A DNA stretch of 63,751 nucleotides, filler included, from 9 parts of 9 records of this genome joined end to end with filler, not necessarily neighbours in it; one strand, 5' to 3'; counted from the whole stretch's first letter, positions 19,479 through 29,570 are shown. The notes: a model not told the origin generated them from the sequence alone. Numbers and translations are program-made.

Positions 19479-21470
19479 TCAGCGCGTGCGAGCTGCTTCC
19501 AGAATGGCCTTCAAATCCTGAAAGTTAACCTGCCCGTCCATATTGACGTCATAGTGCTCAACGGAGGCCTTGCCGAACAAGCGTGCCAGGATGAACCGGG
19601 CAACGTCGCGGCCGTTGATGCGGCCATCGCCGTTAAGGTCGGCTCGGTCGAACAACGAAGCGGAGTCCATGTTCAGGGCGATAATTACCGGGTCATGATC
19701 GGAGGCGCGATAACTGTCTGGCGCATAGAAGCTGGCCTGCTGTTCCGGCGACTTGAAGTCGGTGTTGTAGTCGAGGGCTCGGGGCTCATCCGCGTTAATG
19801 TGCCACACCTCGGTGTCGGCCACTTTCGGCGCCAGTGAGGTGTTGGCAAGGCTGTGGTCGAGGTAACCGGCCTGGCCGAAGAACACGTAGGAATATGCGC
19901 TTTCCCCATCCGCCTGAGCGACCAGATCGGTATAGCCGTTGTTGGCGAGTGCGCGGATCGGGTCTTCCTTGGCGTAGGCATTCAGGTCACCGATGATCAG
20001 TACGTCTTCCTCGCCAGTACCGGTGGGGTCTGAGGCCAGCCAGCTTGCCAGTGCGTTTGAGGCCTGGGTGCGAGCCGGGTTCCAGCACCCCTGTCCGTCA
20101 CCCTGATCAGCGTTGGCACCGTCGGCGCTGCCACAGCCCTTGGACTTGAAGTGGTTAACGGCAATGACCACCGCATCGTTGCTGTCGGTAGCGCGGAAAG
20201 TCTGGGCCAGCGGCTGGCGGTTCAGATCGTCAAACGGCGCGGTGGCGAGCGTTGCTGCGTCACCAACGGTTTCCACCCGGTCGGCGTTATAGAGGAAGCC
20301 CACCGCGATGGCGTCTCCGCCCAGCTGTGGCAGACCCGGGTCAACGTAGGACCAGTTGCCGCCGAGGCTGTCTGCCAGTTGCGCAATCGCGCTGTTGTCG
20401 CCGTAGCCGTCGTTTTCAATTTCCATCACGCCCACGATGTCGGCGTTCAGCGCGTTGATGGCACTAACCAGCTTGGCTGTCTGACGGCTCAGCTCTTCAG
20501 CATCATCGGCGCCGCGTGCGGTGGGGAAGCCACCGCCCATGCCGTCACCATTGAAATAGTTCAGTACGTTGAAGGAGGCGACCACGAGGTTGCCGCTGGC
20601 TTCCAGTTCGGGGCTGGATGTGCGCGGGTTGCTCTGGGCGAAGCTGGGAGCTGACAGCGGCTGCAGGCGCCACTCGGAGAACCGATAGTCGAGCACCCCG
20701 ATCAGGTCGTTCACGGTGTCACCGGCGCGAACGGTGGCGGTTGCACTCAGTTCTGGTGATGGATAGGGCACCACTGCCGGGTTCTGGCGATTGCTGCCGT
20801 CATCCAGGATCAGCCGGTCCAGGGCATTGAGCTCTTCCACGATTGCGGCGTCTTCCCCGGGCTCTGCGATGCTGGTTGGAATGAAGTGCCGGCCACTTCC
20901 CAGGGTCAGGCTGCCAAAACGGCCCAGATCGTAGTTGTCGTTGACGGTCAATGGCTCGTCAAACTGGACGCGCATGGACTCGAAGGCTTCCGGGGCACCA
21001 GCGGAGGCCCAGGGCAGTGTGATGCTGACGGGTGCCGGAAGTGTTGCGGTGCCACAGTCGGCCAGGTTCGTCACATTGGTGAGTTCGGTCAGGTTGCCGA
21101 ACTCGGTCACTTCGCCAGCGATCCTCAGGCGCTGGCCGACCGTGACGCTCTCGCCCGGCGCATAGACAAACAGACCTTCCGACGTGCTGGGGTTGCTATC
21201 GCGCTGGTTCACCGCGGCTTCAATGTAAAAACCACCCAGACCGTCATCGCCGTTGAATGCGGCGGTTACGATGGCCTCTACAACGAGACTTTCACCGGCA
21301 AGCGGGCTGACGTCACCGGTGCCCTGGATATCGGAGATCAGGCTTGCGGGATTACCACAGGCCATATCCGGCAAGCTGGGGTTGCCTGGTTCCGCACTGG
21401 CCACCGGCCCGGCATAGGTGGCGATGGCACTGGCAATGGCGGTAGCAAATGCACACTGTTTTATCGTCAT
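19479..21470 (-). CDS. exeM: ExeM/NucH family extracellular endonuclease with C-terminal dockerin-like repeats
   Basis: Signal peptide; OB-fold; EEP motifs FNVLNYF, NHFKSKG, GDLNAY, SDHDP. Confidence 0.92.
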   Translation of the reverse strand: MTIKQCAFATAIASAIATYAGPVASAEPGNPSLPDMACGNPASLISDIQGTGDVSPLAGESLVVEAIVTAAFNGDDGLGGFYIEAAVNQRDSNPSTSEGLFVYAPGESVTVGQRLRIAGEVTEFGNLTELTNVTNLADCGTATLPAPVSITLPWASAGAPEAFESMRVQFDEPLTVNDNYDLGRFGSLTLGSGRHFIPTSIAEPGEDAAIVEELNALDRLILDDGSNRQNPAVVPYPSPELSATATVRAGDTVNDLIGVLDYRFSEWRLQPLSAPSFAQSNPRTSSPELEASGNLVVASFNVLNYFNGDGMGGGFPTARGADDAEELSRQTAKLVSAINALNADIVGVMEIENDGYGDNSAIAQLADSLGGNWSYVDPGLPQLGGDAIAVGFLYNADRVETVGDAATLATAPFDDLNRQPLAQTFRATDSNDAVVIAVNHFKSKGCGSADGANADQGDGQGCWNPARTQASNALASWLASDPTGTGEEDVLIIGDLNAYAKEDPIRALANNGYTDLVAQADGESAYSYVFFGQAGYLDHSLANTSLAPKVADTEVWHINADEPRALDYNTDFKSPEQQASFYAPDSYRASDHDPVIIALNMDSASLFDRADLNGDGRINGRDVARFILARLFGKASVEHYDVNMDGQVNFQDLKAILEAARTR

Positions 21471-21659
21471 GGTTCTTTCCCTGATTGGTCATTGAAGTTG
21501 TCGGGGGCGATCGGCGCCGCCTGTTCCAGTCTGGGAAAGGACTGTGACGAGGGGATTTTGGTTTTATGAATCAGTCATTAATGATATCGATATCCATTTG
21601 CATTTGAGGCACAATTATCCGCTTTCGAAAAGGCTTCTACGCATCATCAAGGAACATAT

Positions 21660-22856
21660 GTGACGACATCCACGCTTGCCAAACGACAGCTACCCACGGG
21701 CATCTGGATCCTCGGCTTTGTCAGCCTGCTGATGGATATTTCATCGGAGATTATTCACAGTCTGTTGCCGATCTATCTGGTTTCCGTTCTCGGCGCCAGT
21801 GCTCTGATGGTGGGGCTGATCGAAGGCGCGGCGGAAGCGACAGCGCCTATCATCAAGGTGTTCTCGGGCGCGTTGAGTGACTACCTCGGTAAGCGCAAGG
21901 GGTTGGCTGTTATAGGGTATGGTCTGGGCGCACTGACCAAGCCAGTATTTGCCCTCGCACCAGGGCTGGGATGGATTCTGGCGGCCCGGCTTACTGATCG
22001 TGTGGGAAAGGGGATCAGGGGTGCGCCTCGAGACGCCTTGGTGGCCGATCTCGCACCCCCTGAAATACGAGGGGCGGCCTATGGCCTGCGTCAATCCCTG
22101 GACACCGTGGGGGCGTTTCTCGGCCCCCTGCTGGCGATCGGCCTGATGCTGCTTTGGCAAAACGACTATCAGGCGGTGTTCTGGGTGGCAGTGGTACCCG
22201 CCGCGTTGGCAGTGTTGTTGTTGGTGGTTGGTATTCGCGAACCGGAAAAGCCCATCACCGAAAGGCGTACCAATCCCATAAGCCGTGCGAGCCTGAAGCA
22301 GCTGAGCCGTGCCTACTGGGCGGTGGTGGCAATTGGTGCCGTGTTTACCCTGGCGCGGTTCAGCGAGGCCTTCCTGCTGTTGCGGGCGGAAGACGGTGGC
22401 CTGGACGTTGCCTGGCTGCCCGTCATTCTGGTGGTCATGAACATTGCCTATTCTTTGTCGGCTTACCCGTTTGGCAAACTTTCTGACCGCATGGACCATC
22501 GCCAGCTACTGATCATGGGACTGGTGGTATTGTTCGTAGCGGACCTGGTGTTGGCGCTGGGTAACCACTGGCTTTGGACGCTTGTCGGCTCTGTTATCTG
22601 GGGTCTGCACATGGGGATGACACAGGGGCTGCTCGCGACGATGGTTGCTCACACTGCACCGAAAGCGCTGCGAGGCACAGCGTTTGGCTTTTTCAATCTG
22701 GTTGGCGGTGTTGCCCTGTTTCTGGCCAGTGCGGTTGCGGGACTGCTATGGACCTGGGCTGGCCCCGCGCTTACGTTTTACGCTGGCGCCGCCTTTTGCC
22801 TGCTGACCATTGGCTTGATGATGTGCCAGGGGAAGACTGCCGTGGAACCGACCTAG
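21660..22856 (+). CDS. MFS transporter
   Basis: About 12 TM segments; GALSDYLGKRK motif A; DRVGKGIRGAPRD. Confidence 0.92.
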   Translation: MTTSTLAKRQLPTGIWILGFVSLLMDISSEIIHSLLPIYLVSVLGASALMVGLIEGAAEATAPIIKVFSGALSDYLGKRKGLAVIGYGLGALTKPVFALAPGLGWILAARLTDRVGKGIRGAPRDALVADLAPPEIRGAAYGLRQSLDTVGAFLGPLLAIGLMLLWQNDYQAVFWVAVVPAALAVLLLVVGIREPEKPITERRTNPISRASLKQLSRAYWAVVAIGAVFTLARFSEAFLLLRAEDGGLDVAWLPVILVVMNIAYSLSAYPFGKLSDRMDHRQLLIMGLVVLFVADLVLALGNHWLWTLVGSVIWGLHMGMTQGLLATMVAHTAPKALRGTAFGFFNLVGGVALFLASAVAGLLWTWAGPALTFYAGAAFCLLTIGLMMCQGKTAVEPT

Positions 22857-25105
22857 GCCCACCAGGCTGGCAGCAGGTTGCGGATCTGCGGTTGCAGGAA
22901 GCGGTCATCGATCAGCCAGATCACGCCGGTGTCCTCCGGCGTTCGGATAACCCGGCCGGCGGCCTGGGCGACTTTCTGCAGGCCGGGAATCAGGTAGGTA
23001 TAGGCGTGGCCGGCACCGAAGCGTTGCTCGAGCCGCTGGCGCAGAATTTCATGCCAATTGTCGAAGGGCGGCAGGCCGAGCGTTGCCACGAAAGCGCCGA
23101 TGAGGCGGTCGCCGGGCAGGTCGATGCCTTCACTGAACACACCTCCGAGTACGGCCAGGGCGACGCCGGTATTGTTCTCATGGAAGGCCTTGAGGAACGC
23201 CGTGCGCTCATCGGTGGACATGCCGGGGCGCTGGGCTCGAAGCGGCAGGTCGGGCGCCTGTTGCAGAAGAGTCTCTTGTACCCGGTTGAGATAGGAAAAG
23301 CTGCTGAAAAACGCCAGGTAGTTGCCGGGCCGCTGCTGGTATTGCCGGTGGATCAGTTCCGCGATGGGCGTCAGCGAACGTTCCCGGTCCGGCCGCCGGG
23401 TGCTGATGTCCGGGGTGAAATTCACCTCAAGCTGGTCGCAGGTAAAGGGGCCTGGCAGGGAGCGGAAGCAGGTGTCCTCCGGCATGCCCAGCAGGTCCCG
23501 GTAATAGACACCAGGCGACAGGGTCGCGGAAAACATCAGCGTACTGTCGGCGGCTTCGAAGCGCGGGGCCAGGAAGTCCGCCGGGATCAGGTTCTGGATG
23601 GTGAGTCTGGCCTTTCCTTTCGCCGGCCTGATCAGCTCGCACAGGGAATGATCGCCAAACACCTCCGCCAGCTTGGTAAAGGCCAGGCTTTCGAACATCA
23701 GTTCCTGCAGGATAAGGTCCGGCGGATGGTCCGCCAGGTAGTCGGTAATGGCGGAGACCAGTCGATTCAGAGCGCCGGTCAGTGAACCTGGAAGATTGTC
23801 CAGTATCACCGGCTCACGGCTGATGTCGGGGCAATGGTCGCGGATCACCGATTGCCACGCCCGGGACACGCCATCGAGTTTTGATTTCAAAGCCTTGGGC
23901 GACTGTTTCCGAACCCGCAGCAGATGTGCCTGGCTCAGCTCCACGGAGTACATGCCGCGGGCGCGGTCCACCAGGTTGTGAGCCTCGTCGACCAGCAGGC
24001 TGGCTTTCCAGTCGTTCTGCCGAACCAGGGCATGGAGCAGGGCGGACTGGTCGAACATCCGGTTTACATCGGCCACCACCACATCGCACCAGCGGGCCAT
24101 TTCCTGCGCCAGAAAATAGGGGCAGATACCGTGCTGGCGGGCAATGTCCGCCAGTACCACCTGGGTCAGGGCGCCGCTGTGATTGGCGGCGTCCTTACGG
24201 GCCGCCGGCAACCGGTCGAAGAAGCCCTTCGCCAGCGGGCAGGCGTCCCCATGGCACGCCTTGTCCGGGTGCTCGCAGGCATGATCCTTGGCCACCAGTT
24301 CCAGGGTTCGCAGGGGCAACGGGCCGGGTTGCTTTTCCCGCAACAGGTGAACGGCATCGACGGCCAGTTGCCGGGCGGTATTGCGGCTGGTCAGGTAGAA
24401 CAGGCGGTCCTGTCTGGCCGTGGGCATCGCCATCAGGGCCGGGAAAAGGGTGCCAAGCGTCTTGCCTAGGCCGGTGGGTGCTTCCAGCAACAATGTCTGT
24501 TGACGGACGCTGTTCCTGTAGACGGTTTCCGCCAGGGCGCGCTGCTGAGGTCGGAAGTCCGGGAAGGGAAAGGCCAGGTTTTTTAGCGCCAGATCCCTTT
24601 CATGCCGGTGATTGGCTTCCTGTTCAGCCCAATCGCTGTAGTGTTCACAGAGCTGTTCCAGCTCCTGCCACAGTTCCTCTGTGAGGGCGGTTTCGGTGAT
24701 GGGGGTTTCCTTGTCCTTGCCGACATCGTAGTAGATCAGGGCGAGATCGATCTGGCTCAACTTTTCCTGTCGGCACAGTAGTGCTCCATAGGCCCGCAAT
24801 TGTGCACGGTGTAGATTGCGCTGGGCTTCCCGTACCCGGGACAGGTCACCGCGGTGGGTCTTGATTTCCTCCAGGCGGCCGGCGATCGGGTCATAACCGT
24901 CGGCCCGCCCGCTGACCATCAGTTTGCCGCATTGGCCGGCCAGCGCCACTTCGCTTTGATACCTCGGCCCGCGACGGGCCTGCACCGCACCGTGGCCGGC
25001 AATGCCTTCTTCCGACGTGGGCGCCGGGGTGTAGCGCAGGTCCAGATCGCCCTTGCGGGCGGCGAATTCACACAGCGTTCGTACCGCGACGTTGAGGTCG
25101 GTCAT
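22853..25105 (-). CDS. DinG/Rad3-type Fe-S helicase with N-terminal PD-(D/E)XK nuclease-like domain
   Basis: GRADG...EEIKT; APTGLGKT, DEAHN, QAAGRVIR; Cys cluster C-x6-C-x4-C...CPY. Confidence 0.9.
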   Translation of the reverse strand: MTDLNVAVRTLCEFAARKGDLDLRYTPAPTSEEGIAGHGAVQARRGPRYQSEVALAGQCGKLMVSGRADGYDPIAGRLEEIKTHRGDLSRVREAQRNLHRAQLRAYGALLCRQEKLSQIDLALIYYDVGKDKETPITETALTEELWQELEQLCEHYSDWAEQEANHRHERDLALKNLAFPFPDFRPQQRALAETVYRNSVRQQTLLLEAPTGLGKTLGTLFPALMAMPTARQDRLFYLTSRNTARQLAVDAVHLLREKQPGPLPLRTLELVAKDHACEHPDKACHGDACPLAKGFFDRLPAARKDAANHSGALTQVVLADIARQHGICPYFLAQEMARWCDVVVADVNRMFDQSALLHALVRQNDWKASLLVDEAHNLVDRARGMYSVELSQAHLLRVRKQSPKALKSKLDGVSRAWQSVIRDHCPDISREPVILDNLPGSLTGALNRLVSAITDYLADHPPDLILQELMFESLAFTKLAEVFGDHSLCELIRPAKGKARLTIQNLIPADFLAPRFEAADSTLMFSATLSPGVYYRDLLGMPEDTCFRSLPGPFTCDQLEVNFTPDISTRRPDRERSLTPIAELIHRQYQQRPGNYLAFFSSFSYLNRVQETLLQQAPDLPLRAQRPGMSTDERTAFLKAFHENNTGVALAVLGGVFSEGIDLPGDRLIGAFVATLGLPPFDNWHEILRQRLEQRFGAGHAYTYLIPGLQKVAQAAGRVIRTPEDTGVIWLIDDRFLQPQIRNLLPAWWA

Positions 25106-26802
25106 CGGTCGGTCCAGCGCACATAGCAGACGGAGACGGGAATGCCGTGGTCAACGCAGAACTCAAGCCATCGGGTCTGATGATCCTGCAGGCGGTCGCC
25201 AGGGCCTTTGACCTCGATCATTTCATAGCGCCGGTTTGGGTCGTTGTGGTCGGGCCGAAAGCGGATCAGGTCAGGAAAGCCGCTGCGGTGTTCGCGCAGG
25301 TTGCCCAGCAGGCGCCGGAACATCCGCTCCAGGTGTTGGGCCGGGATGCACGTCAGCGCCATTTCAAGCAATTCCTCCGAGAGTATTGGCCAGATCACAA
25401 ACGGCGACGCGATGCCCTGTTTTTCCTGCCAGGTATCGCGGATTCGGGTTTTGTAATTGTCAGAGGCCAGCGTGCCGAGGCAGTCGTCAAACAGTGCCTG
25501 ACGACGTTCTACAAAATCCTCCCGGTACAGGTCCACCGGCCCGGTGTGAAAGGGATGGAAGAATGCGCCGGGCAATGGTTCGAACAGGGCGGGCCAGCAG
25601 AGCAGGCCAAACAGGCCATTGATGAGGGTGTTTTCCACATAGGCAACGGGGGTGTCGGGTTCGCTCAGGTGTTGCATGGCCGCCCACTCCACCGAGTGGC
25701 CGTCCGGATTGTCCAGTTCCAGGGTGAACGCTGTCAGTTGCGGGCGTTCGCTTTGCTGGGGTAGCGCTTCTCCCAGTTTCTTCGCCAACCGCGCCAGGAT
25801 GCGTTCGAGTCCGCGTTCCTCGGCGCCAAACCTGGGTTCGTCGGTGGCGGCCTGGGCAATCTTCCAGGCCTCGTGGTGTTGCTTCAGCCGTTCCAGAAGG
25901 CGCAGCTGGCGTAGCCGTGATTCGCGGTGTCCACTGAGGCGATGGGCCTTCAACGCCAGCTCTGTGTTACCGCCGCGCTCCGCCAGCTTGCCCAGTTCGA
26001 ACAGCAAGCGGCCGCGCCGGCTTTCCAGCCAGGCATTCTCATTGGCCGTGGGGATGTCCTGCCATACGGTTTCTGGCGCCTCGCCCTGATCCAGGCGTTC
26101 ACGGCAGTGATGCATCACCAGGTAGCGATCCACGTCGTCACGTTCGTCGAAAGCCCGGGACTCGGCAGAAAGCGGTACCTGTTCATACTGCTGGTGGCCC
26201 AGCTCCACCAGTACGAAATCGGACCAGCTCTGGCGCAGGTTGCCGAAAAACATCAGCCGCAGTCGGTCGAACAGGGCCATGTGGTTCAGGCGGATTACCT
26301 GTGTGGAGACGTCTGGTAGCCAGAGGTCCACAGGAGCGATGTCGGGATGCAGTGGAATCAGGGTGTCTTTCAGAAGACCCTTGGCGGCCGTCGCTGGCAG
26401 GCCGGCCGCGGAGATCTGGTTAGCGAGGGCAGTGCGAAGCTCGCCCAGCGTGAACAGGCGAAACAGCTCGGCAAGGGGAACGCTCGGATTGTCTTCAATC
26501 CAGCCCTTGGTGGCGAGCGCGCTCACGGCGTCATTCACCGGTACACCGATCTCCGGGTAGTTGAACTTCTCCACCCGGAACAGGTCGCCGGTGCGCATGA
26601 CCATACGAGCCAGTAGTGCCCTTGCCGGCTGATCCAGGCTCAGCAGGCCATCTACCTTTCCGATTTCATCGGCGGTCAGCAGATCGCTGTGAAAACGCCG
26701 GACCCAGCGCACCACTGTCTCGAAGTTCTCGAGATAGTACAGCGGATTGTCCAGGTCCGCGGTGCCGGGAATGTGAGTCTGCTGGTCTGATGCGAGGGGC
26801 AT
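25102..26802 (-). CDS. Bacterial FAN1-like VRR-NUC nuclease
   Basis: YYLENF N-terminus, SAP/TPR-like middle region, SGFPDL...IEVKGPGDRLQDHQ. Confidence 0.92.
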   Translation of the reverse strand: MPLASDQQTHIPGTADLDNPLYYLENFETVVRWVRRFHSDLLTADEIGKVDGLLSLDQPARALLARMVMRTGDLFRVEKFNYPEIGVPVNDAVSALATKGWIEDNPSVPLAELFRLFTLGELRTALANQISAAGLPATAAKGLLKDTLIPLHPDIAPVDLWLPDVSTQVIRLNHMALFDRLRLMFFGNLRQSWSDFVLVELGHQQYEQVPLSAESRAFDERDDVDRYLVMHHCRERLDQGEAPETVWQDIPTANENAWLESRRGRLLFELGKLAERGGNTELALKAHRLSGHRESRLRQLRLLERLKQHHEAWKIAQAATDEPRFGAEERGLERILARLAKKLGEALPQQSERPQLTAFTLELDNPDGHSVEWAAMQHLSEPDTPVAYVENTLINGLFGLLCWPALFEPLPGAFFHPFHTGPVDLYREDFVERRQALFDDCLGTLASDNYKTRIRDTWQEKQGIASPFVIWPILSEELLEMALTCIPAQHLERMFRRLLGNLREHRSGFPDLIRFRPDHNDPNRRYEMIEVKGPGDRLQDHQTRWLEFCVDHGIPVSVCYVRWTDR

Positions 26803-26811
26803 GGCTGGGCG

Positions 26812-27432
26812 TCAGATATCCACGACAATCGGTGGGTTCAGCGGCTTGAACTGGCCGGTGCAGGTGCTGGCGTTGACATGCAGGCAGTCTTTCAGCATTT
26901 GCTGGCCATAGCTTTCGTGGATATGCCCGAAGATGTGGAGTTTGAGCGTGAGCCGTTCCAGCTCCCTGGCCAGATCGCTACAGCCTACCGCCAGTGACTC
27001 GTTCACTTTATCGAGGATGCCTGCTGGCGGACCATGGGTGATAAGAACGTCAGTGTCTGACGGTATCTGTGCCCAGCGCTCCGCAATGGGCGCTCCACGC
27101 TCGAGGTTGAATGCCCAGTCGAAAAAGATCGGTGTCCAGGGGCTGCCCCAGAATTTCAGCCCTTCGATGTCGATACTTCTGTCCCGAAGGTAAACGGCGT
27201 TCCTGATCAGTGCTTCGGCGTCCGCAGGCTCATCCTGCAGGCACCAGTCGTGGTTGCCGGCAATCAGGATCTTGTGGCGGTGGGGCTGTTCGGAAAACCA
27301 GTTGTCCAGGTCCTCGAGTTCCTCAAGGGTGCCCACTCCCAGGCAGTCGCCGGCGTGGATCAGCACGTCGCCATCGGGCACCACCACCTGGCGGTGCATG
27401 CTGTGGGTATCGGATATGCAGACCAGTCTCAT
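26812..27432 (-). CDS. Metallophosphoesterase (MPPED/239FB-like)
   Basis: SDTH, HAGD, GNHD, THGPP, GHIHE. Confidence 0.92.
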   Translation of the reverse strand: MRLVCISDTHSMHRQVVVPDGDVLIHAGDCLGVGTLEELEDLDNWFSEQPHRHKILIAGNHDWCLQDEPADAEALIRNAVYLRDRSIDIEGLKFWGSPWTPIFFDWAFNLERGAPIAERWAQIPSDTDVLITHGPPAGILDKVNESLAVGCSDLARELERLTLKLHIFGHIHESYGQQMLKDCLHVNASTCTGQFKPLNPPIVVDI

Positions 27433-28235
27433 GATGGCTCGCCGGGTTCGTCGGGACTATAAAAAACACCATGGCGTCCGGCACCAGCGGAAAACCGGCC
27501 GGCGCCCTCGATGGCTTCCTCGAACACCACAGGATAGCCGCCAGCGCCTTCCGCCGCCAAGGCTTCGGACAGTTCCAGGTCCCACTGGTGAATGGCGGAG
27601 TGTCGGTCGGCGCGCAGGCACTTCTGCGGGAACGCTGCAATGTCGGCGGCAAAAGCTTCTGCTGCGGATCGCGCCTGTCCATCAGGCACCACCCGATTTG
27701 CAAGCCCCATCGCCTTGGCTTCTTCCGCATTGACCGGTCGACCGGTCAGAATCATATCCATGGCGTTGCCGTGGCCAACAATGCGTGGCAGGCGTACGGT
27801 GCCTCCATCGATCAGCGGTACCCCCCAGCGGCGGCAGAACACGCCGAAGGTGGCGGATTCCTCTACGACTCGCAGGTCACACATCAGTGCCAGCTCCAGC
27901 CCCCCGGCCACGGCGTAGCCGGATACGGCAGCGATCACCGGCTTCGACAATGACATGCGGGAAGGGCCCATTGGGCCGTGGGCTGTTCCGGTTGCCTCGA
28001 TCTCGTTGCGGCGCTCCGGATCGCCGACGGCTTCCAGATCGGCGCCGGCGCAAAAATTGCCACCCTCGCCCCAGAGCACAGCCACCTTGAGGGTGTCATC
28101 AGCCTCAAAGTCGGTGAACGCCTGGCGCAGGGCGTTGGCAGTTTCGCGGTCGACGGCGTTTCGTTTCTCCGGGCGGGCGAGAACAATGGTCAGCACATGA
28201 CCGCTGGCTTGAGAGTATACGGGTGGGGGTGTCAC
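27429..28235 (-). CDS. Crotonase / enoyl-CoA hydratase family
   Basis: FCAGADL, AVAGGLELAL, GVPLIDGGT. Confidence 0.92.
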   Translation of the reverse strand: MTPPPVYSQASGHVLTIVLARPEKRNAVDRETANALRQAFTDFEADDTLKVAVLWGEGGNFCAGADLEAVGDPERRNEIEATGTAHGPMGPSRMSLSKPVIAAVSGYAVAGGLELALMCDLRVVEESATFGVFCRRWGVPLIDGGTVRLPRIVGHGNAMDMILTGRPVNAEEAKAMGLANRVVPDGQARSAAEAFAADIAAFPQKCLRADRHSAIHQWDLELSEALAAEGAGGYPVVFEEAIEGAGRFSAGAGRHGVFYSPDEPGEPS

Positions 28236-28269
28236 ATGGCCTCCAACGAATTATTGTTGTCGGGCCGTT

Positions 28270-29469
28270 TCAGCTAACGCTGGTCTCCGGCGTCAGTCTT
28301 CCGAATTCTGCCCGGTTCCGGCCCTTGTCCTTGGCATTGTATAGCGCCGCGTCGGCTTCGATCATCATATCTGCGAAGGTTTTGTGATGGCCGGCTTTTT
28401 CAACACCCCCTATGCTGGCGGAGATGTACAGTGGCAACCCGTCTATTTCCTGGCCGTTGGTGGCGATGGTGTCCAGCAGACGGCGGGTGATGATGCGCAC
28501 GTCGTCATCACCGGTGATGCGAAGCACCATCGCAAACTCTTCTCCCCCGACACGGCCAATGATGTCGTTATCCCTGAGTTCGTTTTTCAGCGTGCGTGCG
28601 ACCAGGCGGAGGGCGTCATCTCCGGCTGCATGTCCCCAGCGGTCGTTGACTTGTTTGAAGTGATCCAGGTCCAACATCAGTACGGCCAACTGCGTCTGGG
28701 ACTGTGTCGCCTGGTCAAAGGCCCGGATGCCTTCCCGGAACAGGGAGCGGCGGTTATAGAGCCCGGTCAGGCCGTCGCGCTCCGCCATCACTCTCAGGCG
28801 CTGTTCGGAATGGGTAAAGGCCAGCAATGGCAGTGCGAGGGTCGTCGCGGTAGCCAGCAGGATATGGTTGACGAGGATCAACCGCAGCACGAAACCGGTA
28901 TTGGCCTGGTTCAGGCCAAGCCCGTCCATGCCGATCACCAGTGCCTGGGACATCATCAGTACCCCATGCATCGTAAACAGCACTTTCAGAATCCTGACGG
29001 GCAGTGACGGTGTGGTATCCAGTTTCGACAGGGTGTAGACCGCAAAAATGAAAATGGCGGCCGAGAACAGGGCTGTTAGCAGGCGGGCATTCAGCGGATC
29101 GCCTTGGAAGGTGAGCAGCAGGATCAGCAGATAACAGGCCGCGGATAAGCGCAGAGCATGGCGGGAGCGGCGGGTTTTACGCGATGCACTGCCGGAGAAG
29201 CGCTGCAGGCCCGCCAATACCAGCAACGGGGAAAGGCCGAGAAACAGGTGAGCCAGGAACACGGTGATCCAGGGCGTATCGATAAAGGCGCGTGTACCTG
29301 CGAACAGGGTACCCACCGCGAAGGTCATACACGCCAGTGCCCACAACCGGAAACAATGCTGGCGGGAACGCAGCCGGAAAATGGCCCACAATAACCCACC
29401 GATCAATAGATTGATCGCGACAGAAAGCAGCAGCAAAGTCGGCAGGTGAACGGTAAATCCCATAGTCAT
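28270..29469 (-). CDS. Membrane-bound diguanylate cyclase (GGDEF)
   Basis: About 7 TM segments at the N-terminus; DHFKQVND, RDND I-site, GGEEF. Confidence 0.92.
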   Translation of the reverse strand: MTMGFTVHLPTLLLLSVAINLLIGGLLWAIFRLRSRQHCFRLWALACMTFAVGTLFAGTRAFIDTPWITVFLAHLFLGLSPLLVLAGLQRFSGSASRKTRRSRHALRLSAACYLLILLLTFQGDPLNARLLTALFSAAIFIFAVYTLSKLDTTPSLPVRILKVLFTMHGVLMMSQALVIGMDGLGLNQANTGFVLRLILVNHILLATATTLALPLLAFTHSEQRLRVMAERDGLTGLYNRRSLFREGIRAFDQATQSQTQLAVLMLDLDHFKQVNDRWGHAAGDDALRLVARTLKNELRDNDIIGRVGGEEFAMVLRITGDDDVRIITRRLLDTIATNGQEIDGLPLYISASIGGVEKAGHHKTFADMMIEADAALYNAKDKGRNRAEFGRLTPETSVS

Positions 29470-29570
29470 CCCTGGTGACGGATTTTCGCAGTTTCACAGA
29501 GTACGCCCCCAGGGACGTTACGATCAGTAAGCTTTGTGTGTCGTTTCTTAGTGCATAAGCTAACAGGGAG

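Noticed and set aside
22574-23785. 403-aa + strand ORF
   Set aside because: Overlaps the MFS out of frame and is antisense to the helicase; no recognisable domain.
24700-25105. Helicase N-domain as a CRISPR Cas4
   Set aside because: No cas genes or CRISPR array anywhere in the window, and no Cas4 four-Cys pattern recognised in that domain.
9574-26802. recBD, ExeM, FAN1 and helicase as one defence island
   Set aside because: They are in separate transcription units with uniform composition, interspersed with metabolic genes, and lack mobility markers.
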